IMG/VR virus record: IMGVR_UViG_3300019742_000001
Source: a virus
Lineage: Duplodnaviria; Caudoviricetes
Direction: 5' to 3' (one strand)
Length of the DNA stretch: 64,000 bases
Shown: in pieces, positions 18,087-27,537 of the stretch
Position numbering within the stretch: the first letter of the stretch is position 1
How the letters are laid out: the number at the start of each line of letters is the position of its first letter
Made by a program: the position numbers and the translations under genes
Notes under the pieces: generated by a model
Database searches by the model: none
Seen by the model: the letters and a program-made list of their open reading frames with translations, nothing else
Told to the model about the DNA's origin: nothing

Positions 18087-18428
18087 CTATTTTTTTCGAT
18101 TCATTCTATTAGTTTTTCGATTCTTACGTGCGATCTTATTTGCCTTTCTACGCTTCATGGTTTTCTTTTCCACGGTTTCTTTTGTGTATCCTGCTCTCCA
18201 ACCATCACCTACAGTTAATTCCATTTTATGTAGCTTCTTCGGTCCAAGACTACGGATCTCATTAATCTTTTTTTCTGCGTCAAATAAGTGTTTATTTTTA
18301 ATTGCTTCAATATCATCCGCTTTTAATTCAACCCCATCGTCTTGAATTGAACTTCTGATCTCTCGGTCAGCCATTTGAGAATGATACTGTCTTACTAATT
18401 CCAATTTTTCTTCGTCAATCTTTATCAT
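18087..18428 (-). CDS. hypothetical basic protein
   Basis: 113 aa ORF. Confidence 0.55.
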   Translation of the reverse strand: MIKIDEEKLELVRQYHSQMADREIRSSIQDDGVELKADDIEAIKNKHLFDAEKKINEIRSLGPKKLHKMELTVGDGWRAGYTKETVEKKTMKRRKANKIARKNRKTNRMNRKK

Positions 18429-18451
18429 ATTAGTTACCTCACAGTTTATTT

Positions 18452-18988
18452 TTAGTTTGTACCAGTTGAGTTGTAAGCACCTTCACCACGATCTGTCTCA
18501 TCAAGTTCAGTAACTTCAATGAATTCTGCTTCTAATACTGGACAAATAACACCTTGTGCAATACGTTCACCACATTCAATTTCAAGAACTTCATCTGATA
18601 AGTTGTGACAGAGTACTCCAACAACACCGCGATATCCACTATCTACAGTTCCGGGAGAATTTGATACGAAAAAACCTCTTTTGACAGGGGAACCACCACG
18701 TGTTCGTACTTGTAGTTCTGTTCCTTTGGGAGTTGCTACTTTGATACCTACTGGAATAACCAGTGTTGATTGAGGGGCTACCTGATAACCACCAGATGCG
18801 TTTGTCTCTGCTCGTAAATCGAAACCAGAGTCACCATCTTTGGCGTATACTAATTTTGCGTTGTCTTCTCCACCATTATAGTTCTCTGTATAGACAACCT
18901 CTAATGGTGATTTTTGTGGTTGACATACCACATCAAAAATTTGTCCTGCTAAGTTACTAATCATATTCACATATTGTTGTTTATCCAC
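18452..18988 (-). CDS. dut: trimeric dUTPase
   Basis: SGFDL, NSPGTVDSGYRG, RIAQ, RGEGAYNSTG. Confidence 0.93.
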   Translation of the reverse strand: MDKQQYVNMISNLAGQIFDVVCQPQKSPLEVVYTENYNGGEDNAKLVYAKDGDSGFDLRAETNASGGYQVAPQSTLVIPVGIKVATPKGTELQVRTRGGSPVKRGFFVSNSPGTVDSGYRGVVGVLCHNLSDEVLEIECGERIAQGVICPVLEAEFIEVTELDETDRGEGAYNSTGTN

Positions 18989-19081
18989 TTGTATCTCCTT
19001 TTAATACCATATTTGGTATCTACATTTTATACGAATAGGGTGCAGAACACCCTATTCTTGATCATCGGTAAGACTATTTAT

Positions 19082-19288
19082 CTAACGAACACAAACGTTT
19101 GATAGAAATGTCTCATAATAAGGTTCCCAAACTACATCTACAGAATCACCATCAATTTGTGTAATGATTGCTCTTCGGTCCCACTTTTGTTGTGCGTCCA
19201 ATGCTTCTTGAAATGTTTCAAACAGTTCAGGTAATGATTGGTTCCACTCAGTGTTTAGTACTTTGTAACTTCCGTTGTAAGAGTTCAT
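19082..19288 (-). CDS. hypothetical protein
   Basis: 68 aa ORF with RBS. Confidence 0.5.
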   Translation of the reverse strand: MNSYNGSYKVLNTEWNQSLPELFETFQEALDAQQKWDRRAIITQIDGDSVDVVWEPYYETFLSNVCVR

Positions 19289-19363
19289 AAACTCTCCATT
19301 TGTTAGGGGTTAATGTTTTTTGATATTGATATACATATTACATCAATATCAAATCGTTGTAAA

Positions 19364-20251
19364 CTAATATAATTGCATTATTTTGTTTTCTACATTTGTA
19401 AAATTATCGATATACTCTGGCCACCCATATTTATTAATGAACTTGTAAATATTATCTGGATCTGGTTTTTTATACTCCGAATAGTCACGTTCAATTCTTC
19501 GTTTAATTTCTGGTGGTATACGACTCATATCCATCAAATTACGGTTGAACTCATATCTATTCCATAGGTCATTATCAGTTAACCATTTTTCCCACCCATA
19601 GGCAAGAGCTTTCTCAAAGGCTTTTTCTCCAAATCCGGGTTTTCTCTTTCCATCTGGATGATCAAGGGGTGTCTTTACATTATAGATATTATCCTTGGAT
19701 TGCCCAGTAAAACATTCTTGTACCAAAAATAATTCTGGATTAGGATGTTCTACATAAACTTTCTTTAATGGATTAAATATACTAACTCTTGGTTGACTCA
19801 ATTGAAGAAAATCCTTATCAGTTGAAATAATATGAAAATCCTGTGGATACATATGAACTAAACCACCAATAACATCATCGGCTTCTGCGTCTTTGATTTT
19901 TATTACTTTAAACGGGAAATGATCTTTAATCTCCTGCATGAATTCGTCATACATAACGAAATATTCATCCCAATCAAGATCAAGTTTTTCTCTGGCAGTT
20001 TTTCTGTTGGCTTTGTACTTTGTCCAGTAAAGTTTTCGCCACGAACGCCTATCGTCCATGGCGAGAACCACTTCTCTTACTCCATTTACCTTGTACAACG
20101 ACTTATATATAGCGTCAAAGACACGATATTTTAAAAGGTCATAGTTGGTATCTATTACGTGTTTCTTGTCTTTAGGATCAAGTGTTAACACATCAGGTCC
20201 AAAAAGATTTCTTACTGCTAAATTGTTTACATCAAAACATATTGTCTTCAA
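19364..20251 (-). CDS. rnh: T4-like RNase H / 5'-3' flap exonuclease
   Basis: YKANR, EADDVI, STDKDFLQL, GQSKDNI. Confidence 0.9.
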   Translation of the reverse strand: MKTICFDVNNLAVRNLFGPDVLTLDPKDKKHVIDTNYDLLKYRVFDAIYKSLYKVNGVREVVLAMDDRRSWRKLYWTKYKANRKTAREKLDLDWDEYFVMYDEFMQEIKDHFPFKVIKIKDAEADDVIGGLVHMYPQDFHIISTDKDFLQLSQPRVSIFNPLKKVYVEHPNPELFLVQECFTGQSKDNIYNVKTPLDHPDGKRKPGFGEKAFEKALAYGWEKWLTDNDLWNRYEFNRNLMDMSRIPPEIKRRIERDYSEYKKPDPDNIYKFINKYGWPEYIDNFTNVENKIMQLY

Positions 20252-20328
20252 AATAACTCTCCTGTTTTCTTTTATAGAAAGAGTATATTATTTTCGATGT
20301 CTTATGTAAACCTTTTTATTAATTAGAC

Positions 20329-20682
20329 CTACTTAATTTTACGAACAAACTTTTTACCGTTTTTATCTGTATGTCTTATGTAGAAAGAACGGTTATATTT
20401 AGTTTTGGACATATATTGCTGTGCATTAGATCCTGTTTTAAAACGAAGTCGTCTCCGTCCGTCTTGCATATTCTGATAAAACTCTGTATCTTCTACATCA
20501 AAACACGGAAACTCATCTTTTCCTTGTCTTACAACATCATCTGATCTTAAATCAGGAACATCTGTTGCATATCCTACTGGTGCATCAACACCATCAACAC
20601 CATCAACTGTTTGTGTATCTCCACCCATTGTTACATTATCGGGGTTGTGTGTATCTCCTGACCCTGACGTAAATTCACCCAT
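20329..20682 (-). CDS. hypothetical protein
   Basis: 117 aa ORF. Confidence 0.55.
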   Translation of the reverse strand: MGEFTSGSGDTHNPDNVTMGGDTQTVDGVDGVDAPVGYATDVPDLRSDDVVRQGKDEFPCFDVEDTEFYQNMQDGRRRLRFKTGSNAQQYMSKTKYNRSFYIRHTDKNGKKFVRKIK

Positions 20683-21157
20683 TTTGTTGTTCCTCCTGTT
20701 CGTTTATACAATAGTCGATTATTTTATCCAATCGTTCTTCTGTTATAGGCTTAGAAGTCTTGAATCTCACTTCCTTAACCTTTCTAAAAACCCTTTTACA
20801 TAATTCTCTATCAAATTCTTCGTTCTTTACACCAATTGACTTCTTGGCATAATCAATCACTTTATCAACAACCGTAGTATCTTTACCAGATAACGATTTA
20901 TCTTGTAGTATATTTATCTTTACAGAACTACCGCCTTCAAAAACTGGCTTTAATTTTCTGTACCGTAATCGTTGTTCTCCATTCATACTAAGATATTGTT
21001 TCATTAACTCATTTTTTAGACCTCTTTGGTCAATTTTATGGACAAACTCTCTGAACTGTTCGTTACCACCCAATAAGTTATCATCACGTATAGATTCAAG
21101 CAAAAACAACATTACCAGATCAGCAAATTCATCTGGTTTAACATGTACCTGACTCAT
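20675..21157 (-). CDS. hypothetical protein
   Basis: 160 aa ORF, translationally coupled. Confidence 0.55.
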   Translation of the reverse strand: MSQVHVKPDEFADLVMLFLLESIRDDNLLGGNEQFREFVHKIDQRGLKNELMKQYLSMNGEQRLRYRKLKPVFEGGSSVKINILQDKSLSGKDTTVVDKVIDYAKKSIGVKNEEFDRELCKRVFRKVKEVRFKTSKPITEERLDKIIDYCINEQEEQQNG

Positions 21158-21411
21158 ATTATCAACCTCACATTGTCACCTTTTTCTATTTTATTCATCA
21201 TCCTCTTATGTGACAACTTCACTTTTGAATCTTCTCGGAAATACGATGTCTTTAGTTTACCTAATGGTCTTGATGCAACGTGTTTCAAGAAAAGATCAAA
21301 CTCAGAACTATCCTCATCAATCCCTGTCAGATCTGTAGTATTAACGAGATTTACTAAATACAACATTATTACTTCGTTAAATTCTTCTTTTGTTAAATTT
21401 AAATTCATAAG
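21154..21411 (-). CDS. hypothetical protein
   Basis: Start probably MNLNL. Confidence 0.5.
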   Translation of the reverse strand, partial: LMNLNLTKEEFNEVIMLYLVNLVNTTDLTGIDEDSSEFDLFLKHVASRPLGKLKTSYFREDSKVKLSHKRMMNKIEKGDNVRLII

Positions 21412-21938
21412 GCTTTTATATCCTCTGGTGTGATTGTATTTAGAAATTTTTGCATGTCGTATAAATGACATACTGGTAGGTCACAAGTATCACCCCAATT
21501 CATTGTAATACAAGGTAGATGTTCTAATTTATTATTGAAACCAACTTCAACATCAGAAATTCCAACTAATGCATTGTACTGTTTCTTTTTATATATCAAA
21601 AAGGGGAGTTTATCAGCACGTATAGCATCACCAACACATTGTTCCCAAAATGCCTTTATTTCGTCGTTCTTTACCCCTTTAAGGTGTTTATGTAGATTAC
21701 TTGAGGGGTAACCATTTTTTGCCTCAATACTGAATTTATCGGTAAGAAATGCACCTTCTGGTCTTAACGGCATTATATCACCTGACAACTCTTTATTCTC
21801 TTCTGATATGGTAGCAATAGCACCAGATCCGGGCATTCTCCACCAGACGTAAGGCTTTTCACTACCTGTTAACCATTTTGTTAATATCTTTGCTATCTCA
21901 CGTTCCCATGATGATCCTTTTCCACTCTTTCCAGCCAT
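21405..21938 (-). CDS. Holliday junction resolvase (PD-(D/E)xK)
   Basis: KGSSWEREIA, PGSGA, GDI, SIEAKNG. Confidence 0.85.
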   Translation of the reverse strand: MAGKSGKGSSWEREIAKILTKWLTGSEKPYVWWRMPGSGAIATISEENKELSGDIMPLRPEGAFLTDKFSIEAKNGYPSSNLHKHLKGVKNDEIKAFWEQCVGDAIRADKLPFLIYKKKQYNALVGISDVEVGFNNKLEHLPCITMNWGDTCDLPVCHLYDMQKFLNTITPEDIKAL

Positions 21939-21958
21939 TTATCGTGTCCGTTAACATT

Positions 21959-22168
21959 TTATTTTATTTCAAACAAATCCTCTTCATCGGTGAAATGTTC
22001 TACTTTCTTCTTTTTTAATTTGATCGTGTCTCCACTATACTCACCATAAAGAGATTTCAACATTTCAAGATTGAAATTTATACCTGAATGACTGTCACCT
22101 TCTGACTCATCCAAACCCGTTATAAATTTTATTAGATCATCGTAATGGTTACCATACTCAGGATTCAT
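21959..22168 (-). CDS. hypothetical protein
   Basis: 69 aa ORF. Confidence 0.5.
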   Translation of the reverse strand: MNPEYGNHYDDLIKFITGLDESEGDSHSGINFNLEMLKSLYGEYSGDTIKLKKKKVEHFTDEEDLFEIK

Positions 22169-22175
22169 TTAAACC

Positions 22176-22706
22176 TCACTCTCTAAATTCTGATGCAGAT
22201 TCTAAAATTATTATTGAGTTTTCCTCATCAAATGTTTCTCCACTCTCAAACAATACATCATTTGCTATGTCTTGTATAGTCAAACTTTTATTCTCACCAG
22301 AACCAAAAGCCTGTATGTTTACAGGTATATACTTATCAGTTTCCTTTACACCTTTGATACCACTACTTATTAATTTAGATGCCCAATCAAATAACACATC
22401 TTTAATTTTCTTAGAAAACTTATTAATATTTACAGAATATCCTTGGTTACGGTATTTACGTACTCTTATCCATCCGTGTTTAATCAAATCAACTATGATT
22501 TCTTCACGGGCTTGTCCTTCAACACCTAACACTTCACCATATTTATCATATATATCTCGAATCTTCTTACCAGTATAACCGAATTTAGTTGGATTACTTA
22601 TAACAACGTCAATATGACTTGTACCAACCTCTACTAATTCACCAGAACGTGATATCCAATATGCTACATTTCCAGAGACTTCATTAAGATGTCTTTTAAA
22701 TTTCAT
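22176..22706 (-). CDS. hypothetical protein, possibly head-packaged
   Basis: MKFKRHLNE leader; TATAAATA at 22806-22813. Confidence 0.6.
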   Translation of the reverse strand: MKFKRHLNEVSGNVAYWISRSGELVEVGTSHIDVVISNPTKFGYTGKKIRDIYDKYGEVLGVEGQAREEIIVDLIKHGWIRVRKYRNQGYSVNINKFSKKIKDVLFDWASKLISSGIKGVKETDKYIPVNIQAFGSGENKSLTIQDIANDVLFESGETFDEENSIIILESASEFRE

Positions 22707-22855
22707 TGTATTGTAACCTCATGTTAAAATTTAGATTATTAATTATCCTAACATTCCTATCATCTTATGTCAGTCACACCCACATAAAAAAATAAGACTC
22801 AATAGTATTTATACCATTGAGTCTTATTAATTACATTATATTATATTAAACTTGA

Positions 22856-23836
22856 TTACATATCTTGCAGTTCAGCAAGTAATGCATCTGTGTCATCACC
22901 ACCTGAATCAGTTGTTGACTCTGCTACCTCTGGTGTAGCTGTTGGTGTTGGTGTTGACGGTGTTTCTGGTGTTGATTGGTGATCTGGTAATTCATCCATT
23001 TCTGCCATCGGATCAAGTGGTGCTGGTTCTTCACCTTTCCACACTTTGTTAAATAAATGACCTACATCATCCCATAACATTTCTGATTTAAGAAGTTCCT
23101 CATGTTCTTTGACACTGATCTTTAATGAATCAATGTACTCATCAAGATTTACACGATCACCCATCAATCGTTCAACTTCATCTTCGGTATCAGCAATAGG
23201 TGATGCTCTTCGTGCGAACATTGAGTCACCATAATCTGGCCATTCTTTACCATTCTTATCTTTTGGTTTTGCTTTTACTTTGATAATGAAGTCAAATCCT
23301 GTCTCTGGATCAAAGATTGACATCCCATAACCTTGTTCGGTATCTGTGATTTCATTCTTAATCTTTGACTCGACTGTGGCGGGAAATTCATATAAACGTA
23401 TCTGACCACCAACTTTGTAGTTTTCATCTTTAACATCAGCATCTCTTGGGTCCTCTGTGATATAAATGTTTGATACAAAACGAGTTTTTCGTTTATAGTC
23501 ACTAGCTTTACGCTTATCTGACTCATTACCTTGGTACAAAATCTTTGTCGCTTCACACCAAGGACAGAATTTGTCCATTCCGTGTGTTTTCTCACAAAGT
23601 AAATATTTGAATGTTTCGCCTGACATGAATCCGTGATACATGTAGTCTTTATAGAATCCTGACTCTACATCAGGCAAAAGACGAACTTTATACTCTTTTG
23701 CTCGTTCTGTTGTTCCCATCTGTGGATTCTTCCATTTCTTGTAGAATCCTGTTGTTGCTTGGGTATCATTGTCAGATTCCTTTTGTTTCTGATCTGCAAA
23801 CATATCATACGAATCTTTCTTTAGCCATTTACTCAT
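22856..23836 (-). CDS. ssDNA-binding protein (gp32-like)
   Basis: VRLLP, C..CP.CE, FVSNIYI..DP, GFDFIIK and an acidic C-terminal tail. Confidence 0.88.
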   Translation of the reverse strand: MSKWLKKDSYDMFADQKQKESDNDTQATTGFYKKWKNPQMGTTERAKEYKVRLLPDVESGFYKDYMYHGFMSGETFKYLLCEKTHGMDKFCPWCEATKILYQGNESDKRKASDYKRKTRFVSNIYITEDPRDADVKDENYKVGGQIRLYEFPATVESKIKNEITDTEQGYGMSIFDPETGFDFIIKVKAKPKDKNGKEWPDYGDSMFARRASPIADTEDEVERLMGDRVNLDEYIDSLKISVKEHEELLKSEMLWDDVGHLFNKVWKGEEPAPLDPMAEMDELPDHQSTPETPSTPTPTATPEVAESTTDSGGDDTDALLAELQDM

Positions 23837-23954
23837 TTTTAGTTCTCCTGTGTAACTTCACTGTAGTTACTGTTAAATTTGTGTCTTGGACACATACTGT
23901 TATTACTGAATTATACTGTTGTCTTACCCTTTTGTAAACTTACCACAGACCTTT

Positions 23955-24098
23955 TTATGATCTACCTCTACCTCTTCCTTGTCCGTTTCTTTGTCTTCGA
24001 CCCTGACCCTGACCTTGTTCCTGACTTTGACAATCACCTTGTCCTCGTCCTGTCTTTGATCCTTGACCATCTGGACCTGTTCCATCTTTTCTCGGCAT
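23955..24098 (-). CDS. DUF5320-like Gly/Arg-rich peptide (47 aa, not in ORF track)
   Basis: MPRKDGTGPDGQGSKTGRGQGDC...GRGRGRS*, GGAGGTG RBS. Confidence 0.75.
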   Translation of the reverse strand: MPRKDGTGPDGQGSKTGRGQGDCQSQEQGQGQGRRQRNGQGRGRGRS

Positions 24099-24115
24099 TA
24101 TATCACCTCCCTGAT

Positions 24116-24436
24116 TTATTCATTATCACAATCAATCATCAACATACGATACAAATCTTGGATTGTTGTAAATGGAATTAAATTGCCATCTGTGTCATAA
24201 ACTTCCATGTCACGGACACCAAAATCACACTCCCATAACCAATAATCAATCCATTCAGCACCATCATTCGTCAACTTTGATAGTAATCTTGATACAGCAC
24301 CAATCAACTCTGTATTGTATGTAATGAATCCCTCTGTCCGTAAAATATCACTAAGTTGTTGATCTGACTCATGATATGACTTTATCAACAAAATATACTT
24401 TTCGAATTCTGTATAAGTGATCATCATTTTATTCAT
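24116..24436 (-). CDS. hypothetical protein
   Basis: WIDYWLWECDFG motif seen in phage proteins. Confidence 0.55.
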   Translation of the reverse strand: MNKMMITYTEFEKYILLIKSYHESDQQLSDILRTEGFITYNTELIGAVSRLLSKLTNDGAEWIDYWLWECDFGVRDMEVYDTDGNLIPFTTIQDLYRMLMIDCDNE

Positions 24437-24552
24437 TGAGTTGTTGTTTCCCTTTATTTTTGGTGTCTTTCTCTTGTAATGTTTCACCACCACCATAAAT
24501 CAATTGTTCTTTGGTGGTCACCACACCCTCTTTGGGTTTTTCCATATACGGT

Positions 24553-25185
24553 TTATCCTCTTGCTCTTTCATCTAATTCTATCTCCTTTTGATTAATATA
24601 ACCTTTTACCAAAAGCAAACTCTCTTGTAGTTCACGATACCTTTGGGATATATAAGGCATTAACAACCGTTCATCATCTGACATAATCAAATATCGTTTG
24701 TTCAAACAGTATGTCAGTGTCATTGTATCAACCAATCCTCGGTTATATAATCCTATGACACATCGGATCTCCCCTTCACGAAACTTACACAAATTCTGTA
24801 ATTGTGTATAACCACTTCTAAGTGGTTGATCTTTAAGCCAATTTTCAATATTAACAAATGACTTATCAATCTCTTCGTGTGTTATTTGCATCTTCCGTTT
24901 CTTGATCTTATCTTTCTCAATGTAAAGATTTATTACACGACTATCACAGAAATGTTTGTACGTAAACCCTTTCCACAACTCAAATCCACATAACATGTAT
25001 TCATCTATGTCAATGTTTACATATTTTGTATTGAACCATACAGTAGCCTTGTACAACCATTCATCATTTTGTTTAGACATTTTAAGTTTAAATGACTCCC
25101 AATTCTTGGGTAAACGATACGGTTTGTCCTTTGCAATTGCTTGTGCTCTTCGAAATGAAGTATATACATCCCATTCTGTTATCAT
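24553..25185 (-). CDS. hypothetical protein (gp59-like position upstream of gp32)
   Basis: 210 aa; identity inferred from synteny only. Confidence 0.4.
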   Translation of the reverse strand: MITEWDVYTSFRRAQAIAKDKPYRLPKNWESFKLKMSKQNDEWLYKATVWFNTKYVNIDIDEYMLCGFELWKGFTYKHFCDSRVINLYIEKDKIKKRKMQITHEEIDKSFVNIENWLKDQPLRSGYTQLQNLCKFREGEIRCVIGLYNRGLVDTMTLTYCLNKRYLIMSDDERLLMPYISQRYRELQESLLLVKGYINQKEIELDERARG

Positions 25186-25188
25186 ATT

Positions 25189-25389
25189 CTATTCCTCATT
25201 TACATCGAAACCTAATCGATGTAGTTGTATATCATCCCAACCTTCATAGTCATCTTCCCATGAATCATACCCATAGTACATTTGTTTTATGGATCTCGTT
25301 GTCCATGAAAATGTGTTCTTAATAAAATCAAATACCAAATGATATCTAATCTTCGTTAACATTATTTTCTCAATCTTTAAGATAGTCAT
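25189..25389 (-). CDS. hypothetical protein
   Basis: 66 aa ORF. Confidence 0.45.
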   Translation of the reverse strand: MTILKIEKIMLTKIRYHLVFDFIKNTFSWTTRSIKQMYYGYDSWEDDYEGWDDIQLHRLGFDVNEE

Positions 25390-25434
25390 ACTAATATCCT
25401 ACATTGTTGGTGGTGATATGTAAACAGGAAGGGA

Positions 25435-25965
25435 TTACTCCCCTCCTGTTTCTTCAAATAGATTTTTCAACAGTTCTTCAATATCATACTTCTTCGTAAA
25501 GTATTGAATATGTTCATTTATTGTTGGTCGATATGGTTGATATCTCATAGACATTCCAGCTTGTTTGGGTGTTCTATCAGCTTTTTTATGGTTACATGTC
25601 TTACAAGATGTAACACAATTATTCCAAGTTGATTTACCCCCTTGTGCCTTTGGTATCACATGATCAACCGTACATTTCCCCATATCTTCAATGTATGTAC
25701 CACAAAATAGACATGTCTGATCGTCACGAACAAACACGTTTCTCTTAGAATAAGGAACACTTTTTTTAAAGACAGAACGAATGTACTTCACCACTCGGAT
25801 AACCGTTGGAATAGTGACAACCGTTGTTCTATCTTGATTACGTACTAATTTCTCAGTTTCCTTGATAGATTCTGCCTTACCTTCAATTAAAAGGCAAACT
25901 GCATTCTTCCACGAAGTGACACTTAAAAACGTATAATCTGCATTTAACACAACAACACTTGACAT
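25435..25965 (-). CDS. HNH endonuclease (McrA-like)
   Basis: VLNADY, RNVFVRD..C..C, TVDHVIP..GG..W.N.V.SC..CN..K. Confidence 0.9.
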   Translation of the reverse strand: MSSVVVLNADYTFLSVTSWKNAVCLLIEGKAESIKETEKLVRNQDRTTVVTIPTVIRVVKYIRSVFKKSVPYSKRNVFVRDDQTCLFCGTYIEDMGKCTVDHVIPKAQGGKSTWNNCVTSCKTCNHKKADRTPKQAGMSMRYQPYRPTINEHIQYFTKKYDIEELLKNLFEETGGE

Positions 25966-25983
25966 CTTATTACCTTCCTATAG

Positions 25984-26247
25984 TTACATTGCAAACGGGT
26001 TCTCTTGACCCTTCATCATAACCTTTTGTATTTTTTCATCGTCTTTTAAATCTTTGATATATCTTTTGTAATTCTCAATAGCTTTTTCTTTAGTTAAAAC
26101 ATACTCAGGTCTACCATTCTCATCCATTACTGTCAATTCTGATTTACCTGTATAACAGAACGTACACTTACACGCCCCATTTGATTCATCTACAATAACA
26201 CTCCAATCTGGATGTAGATATTTTCCACAAGTCACACATTTAGGCAT
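25984..26247 (-). CDS. zinc-finger protein
   Basis: CVTC ... CTFC; TATAAATA at 26291-26298. Confidence 0.55.
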   Translation of the reverse strand: MPKCVTCGKYLHPDWSVIVDESNGACKCTFCYTGKSELTVMDENGRPEYVLTKEKAIENYKRYIKDLKDDEKIQKVMMKGQENPFAM

Positions 26248-26298
26248 TTTATCTCCGTTTAAATTAAATTTTATTTTGTATCTGGTACAGTATTTATA

Positions 26299-26598
26299 TC
26301 AAAAAGTAGCAAGTTTGTCTAATGATTTATCAAGATCATTTCCAATACCTTCTGCATTAGCAGTGGTTCGTCTACAATACCCATTAAGATCACCATCAAC
26401 TAACCTTACTTCACTTGTACAATTTACTATCTCAAACTTCATTAAACCTGTCACCACATCATCAAGTGCTTGATACACATCACCAATATCTTCTGCATCA
26501 ATATCCTTTGCTGTGATGTTTACTGTTGGTTTAATACTCTCATAGTTTCCTGTACTAATAGTCAAACTACGAGATACTGTTACATCAAATTTACTCAT
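26299..26598 (-). CDS. hypothetical protein
   Basis: SRSLTISTGNYESIK motif. Confidence 0.55.
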   Translation of the reverse strand: MSKFDVTVSRSLTISTGNYESIKPTVNITAKDIDAEDIGDVYQALDDVVTGLMKFEIVNCTSEVRLVDGDLNGYCRRTTANAEGIGNDLDKSLDKLATF

Positions 26599-26613
26599 AT
26601 TTACCTCACATAT

Positions 26614-27192
26614 TTAATTTTCTACTCTTAATTTTCCATTCTTATAGTTAATAAATGGATCGTCAATGGATATCCCTTCACCATTAATAATCTCATCCTC
26701 TGTTAAATTAAGAGTGACTTTCTTTGGCTTGTATCCAACTACATCAACACCAAAATTGTAAAATGGGTCACCGTAATCATATTTGTGGGAATGCCCGTGT
26801 AAGTTATATCGTATATTGTTTTCTGTCAAAAAGTCTGATGTCTGAGGTCTGTGTGAAAAACAATACATCCCTAGACACCACCTATGTTTGAACACTCGGT
26901 TAAATCCTACACGGGCAAACCAATCCTTACTCTTCCTATCGTGATTCCCTGTAATTAAAATCTTATATCCATTTAATTGATCTGTAATTTCTTTAACCCC
27001 TTCAAATGAACCACCACATATATAATCCCCCAAATGAATTACTATTTCATCTGGTTTCACTACTTTATTCCAAGAAGTAATTATATGTTGATGCATTTCA
27101 TCCAAACTCGTAAACGGACGATCACAATACTTAATTATATTTTTATGGTACAAGTGAGAATCACTTGTAATATTTACTACTGTTTTTTTCAT
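26614..27192 (-). CDS. calcineurin-like metallophosphoesterase
   Basis: SDSH, HLGD, GNHD, SH, LHGHSH. Confidence 0.9.
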   Translation of the reverse strand: MKKTVVNITSDSHLYHKNIIKYCDRPFTSLDEMHQHIITSWNKVVKPDEIVIHLGDYICGGSFEGVKEITDQLNGYKILITGNHDRKSKDWFARVGFNRVFKHRWCLGMYCFSHRPQTSDFLTENNIRYNLHGHSHKYDYGDPFYNFGVDVVGYKPKKVTLNLTEDEIINGEGISIDDPFINYKNGKLRVEN

Positions 27193-27332
27193 ATTTCCTC
27201 TTATTATTATTTCTAACAATGATACCAAATAAATTATATTTTGTCACCTTTTTATTGACATTGACCCTCATTTATACGAGAATATATTAACGAAAATGAT
27301 AAATAAAAACGAAACAATTGGAGGGTGTAAAA

Positions 27333-27485
27333 ATGACGGATGTTGATGTTTGTGAGAATTGTGTTTATTGGAAAAAAACTGATTGGTCAGTTGGTGTATG
27401 TGAAGAAAACATTGAAACAAAAGAAACTCAATGGAATGATACATGTGATAATATATGTAAAAATAGTTTCCAAAAACACGAATAA
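27333..27485 (+). CDS. small Cys-rich protein (50 aa, plus strand, not in ORF track)
   Basis: MTDVDVCENCVYWKK...GVCEE...TCDNIC; GGAGGG RBS; TTGAC boxes at 27255-27266 with TATATT at 27283. Confidence 0.6.
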   Translation: MTDVDVCENCVYWKKTDWSVGVCEENIETKETQWNDTCDNICKNSFQKHE

Positions 27486-27537
27486 CCCTTTAAAGAGAAC
27501 AGGTCAATATCCCAATTGACCTGTTTCTTTTTATCTA

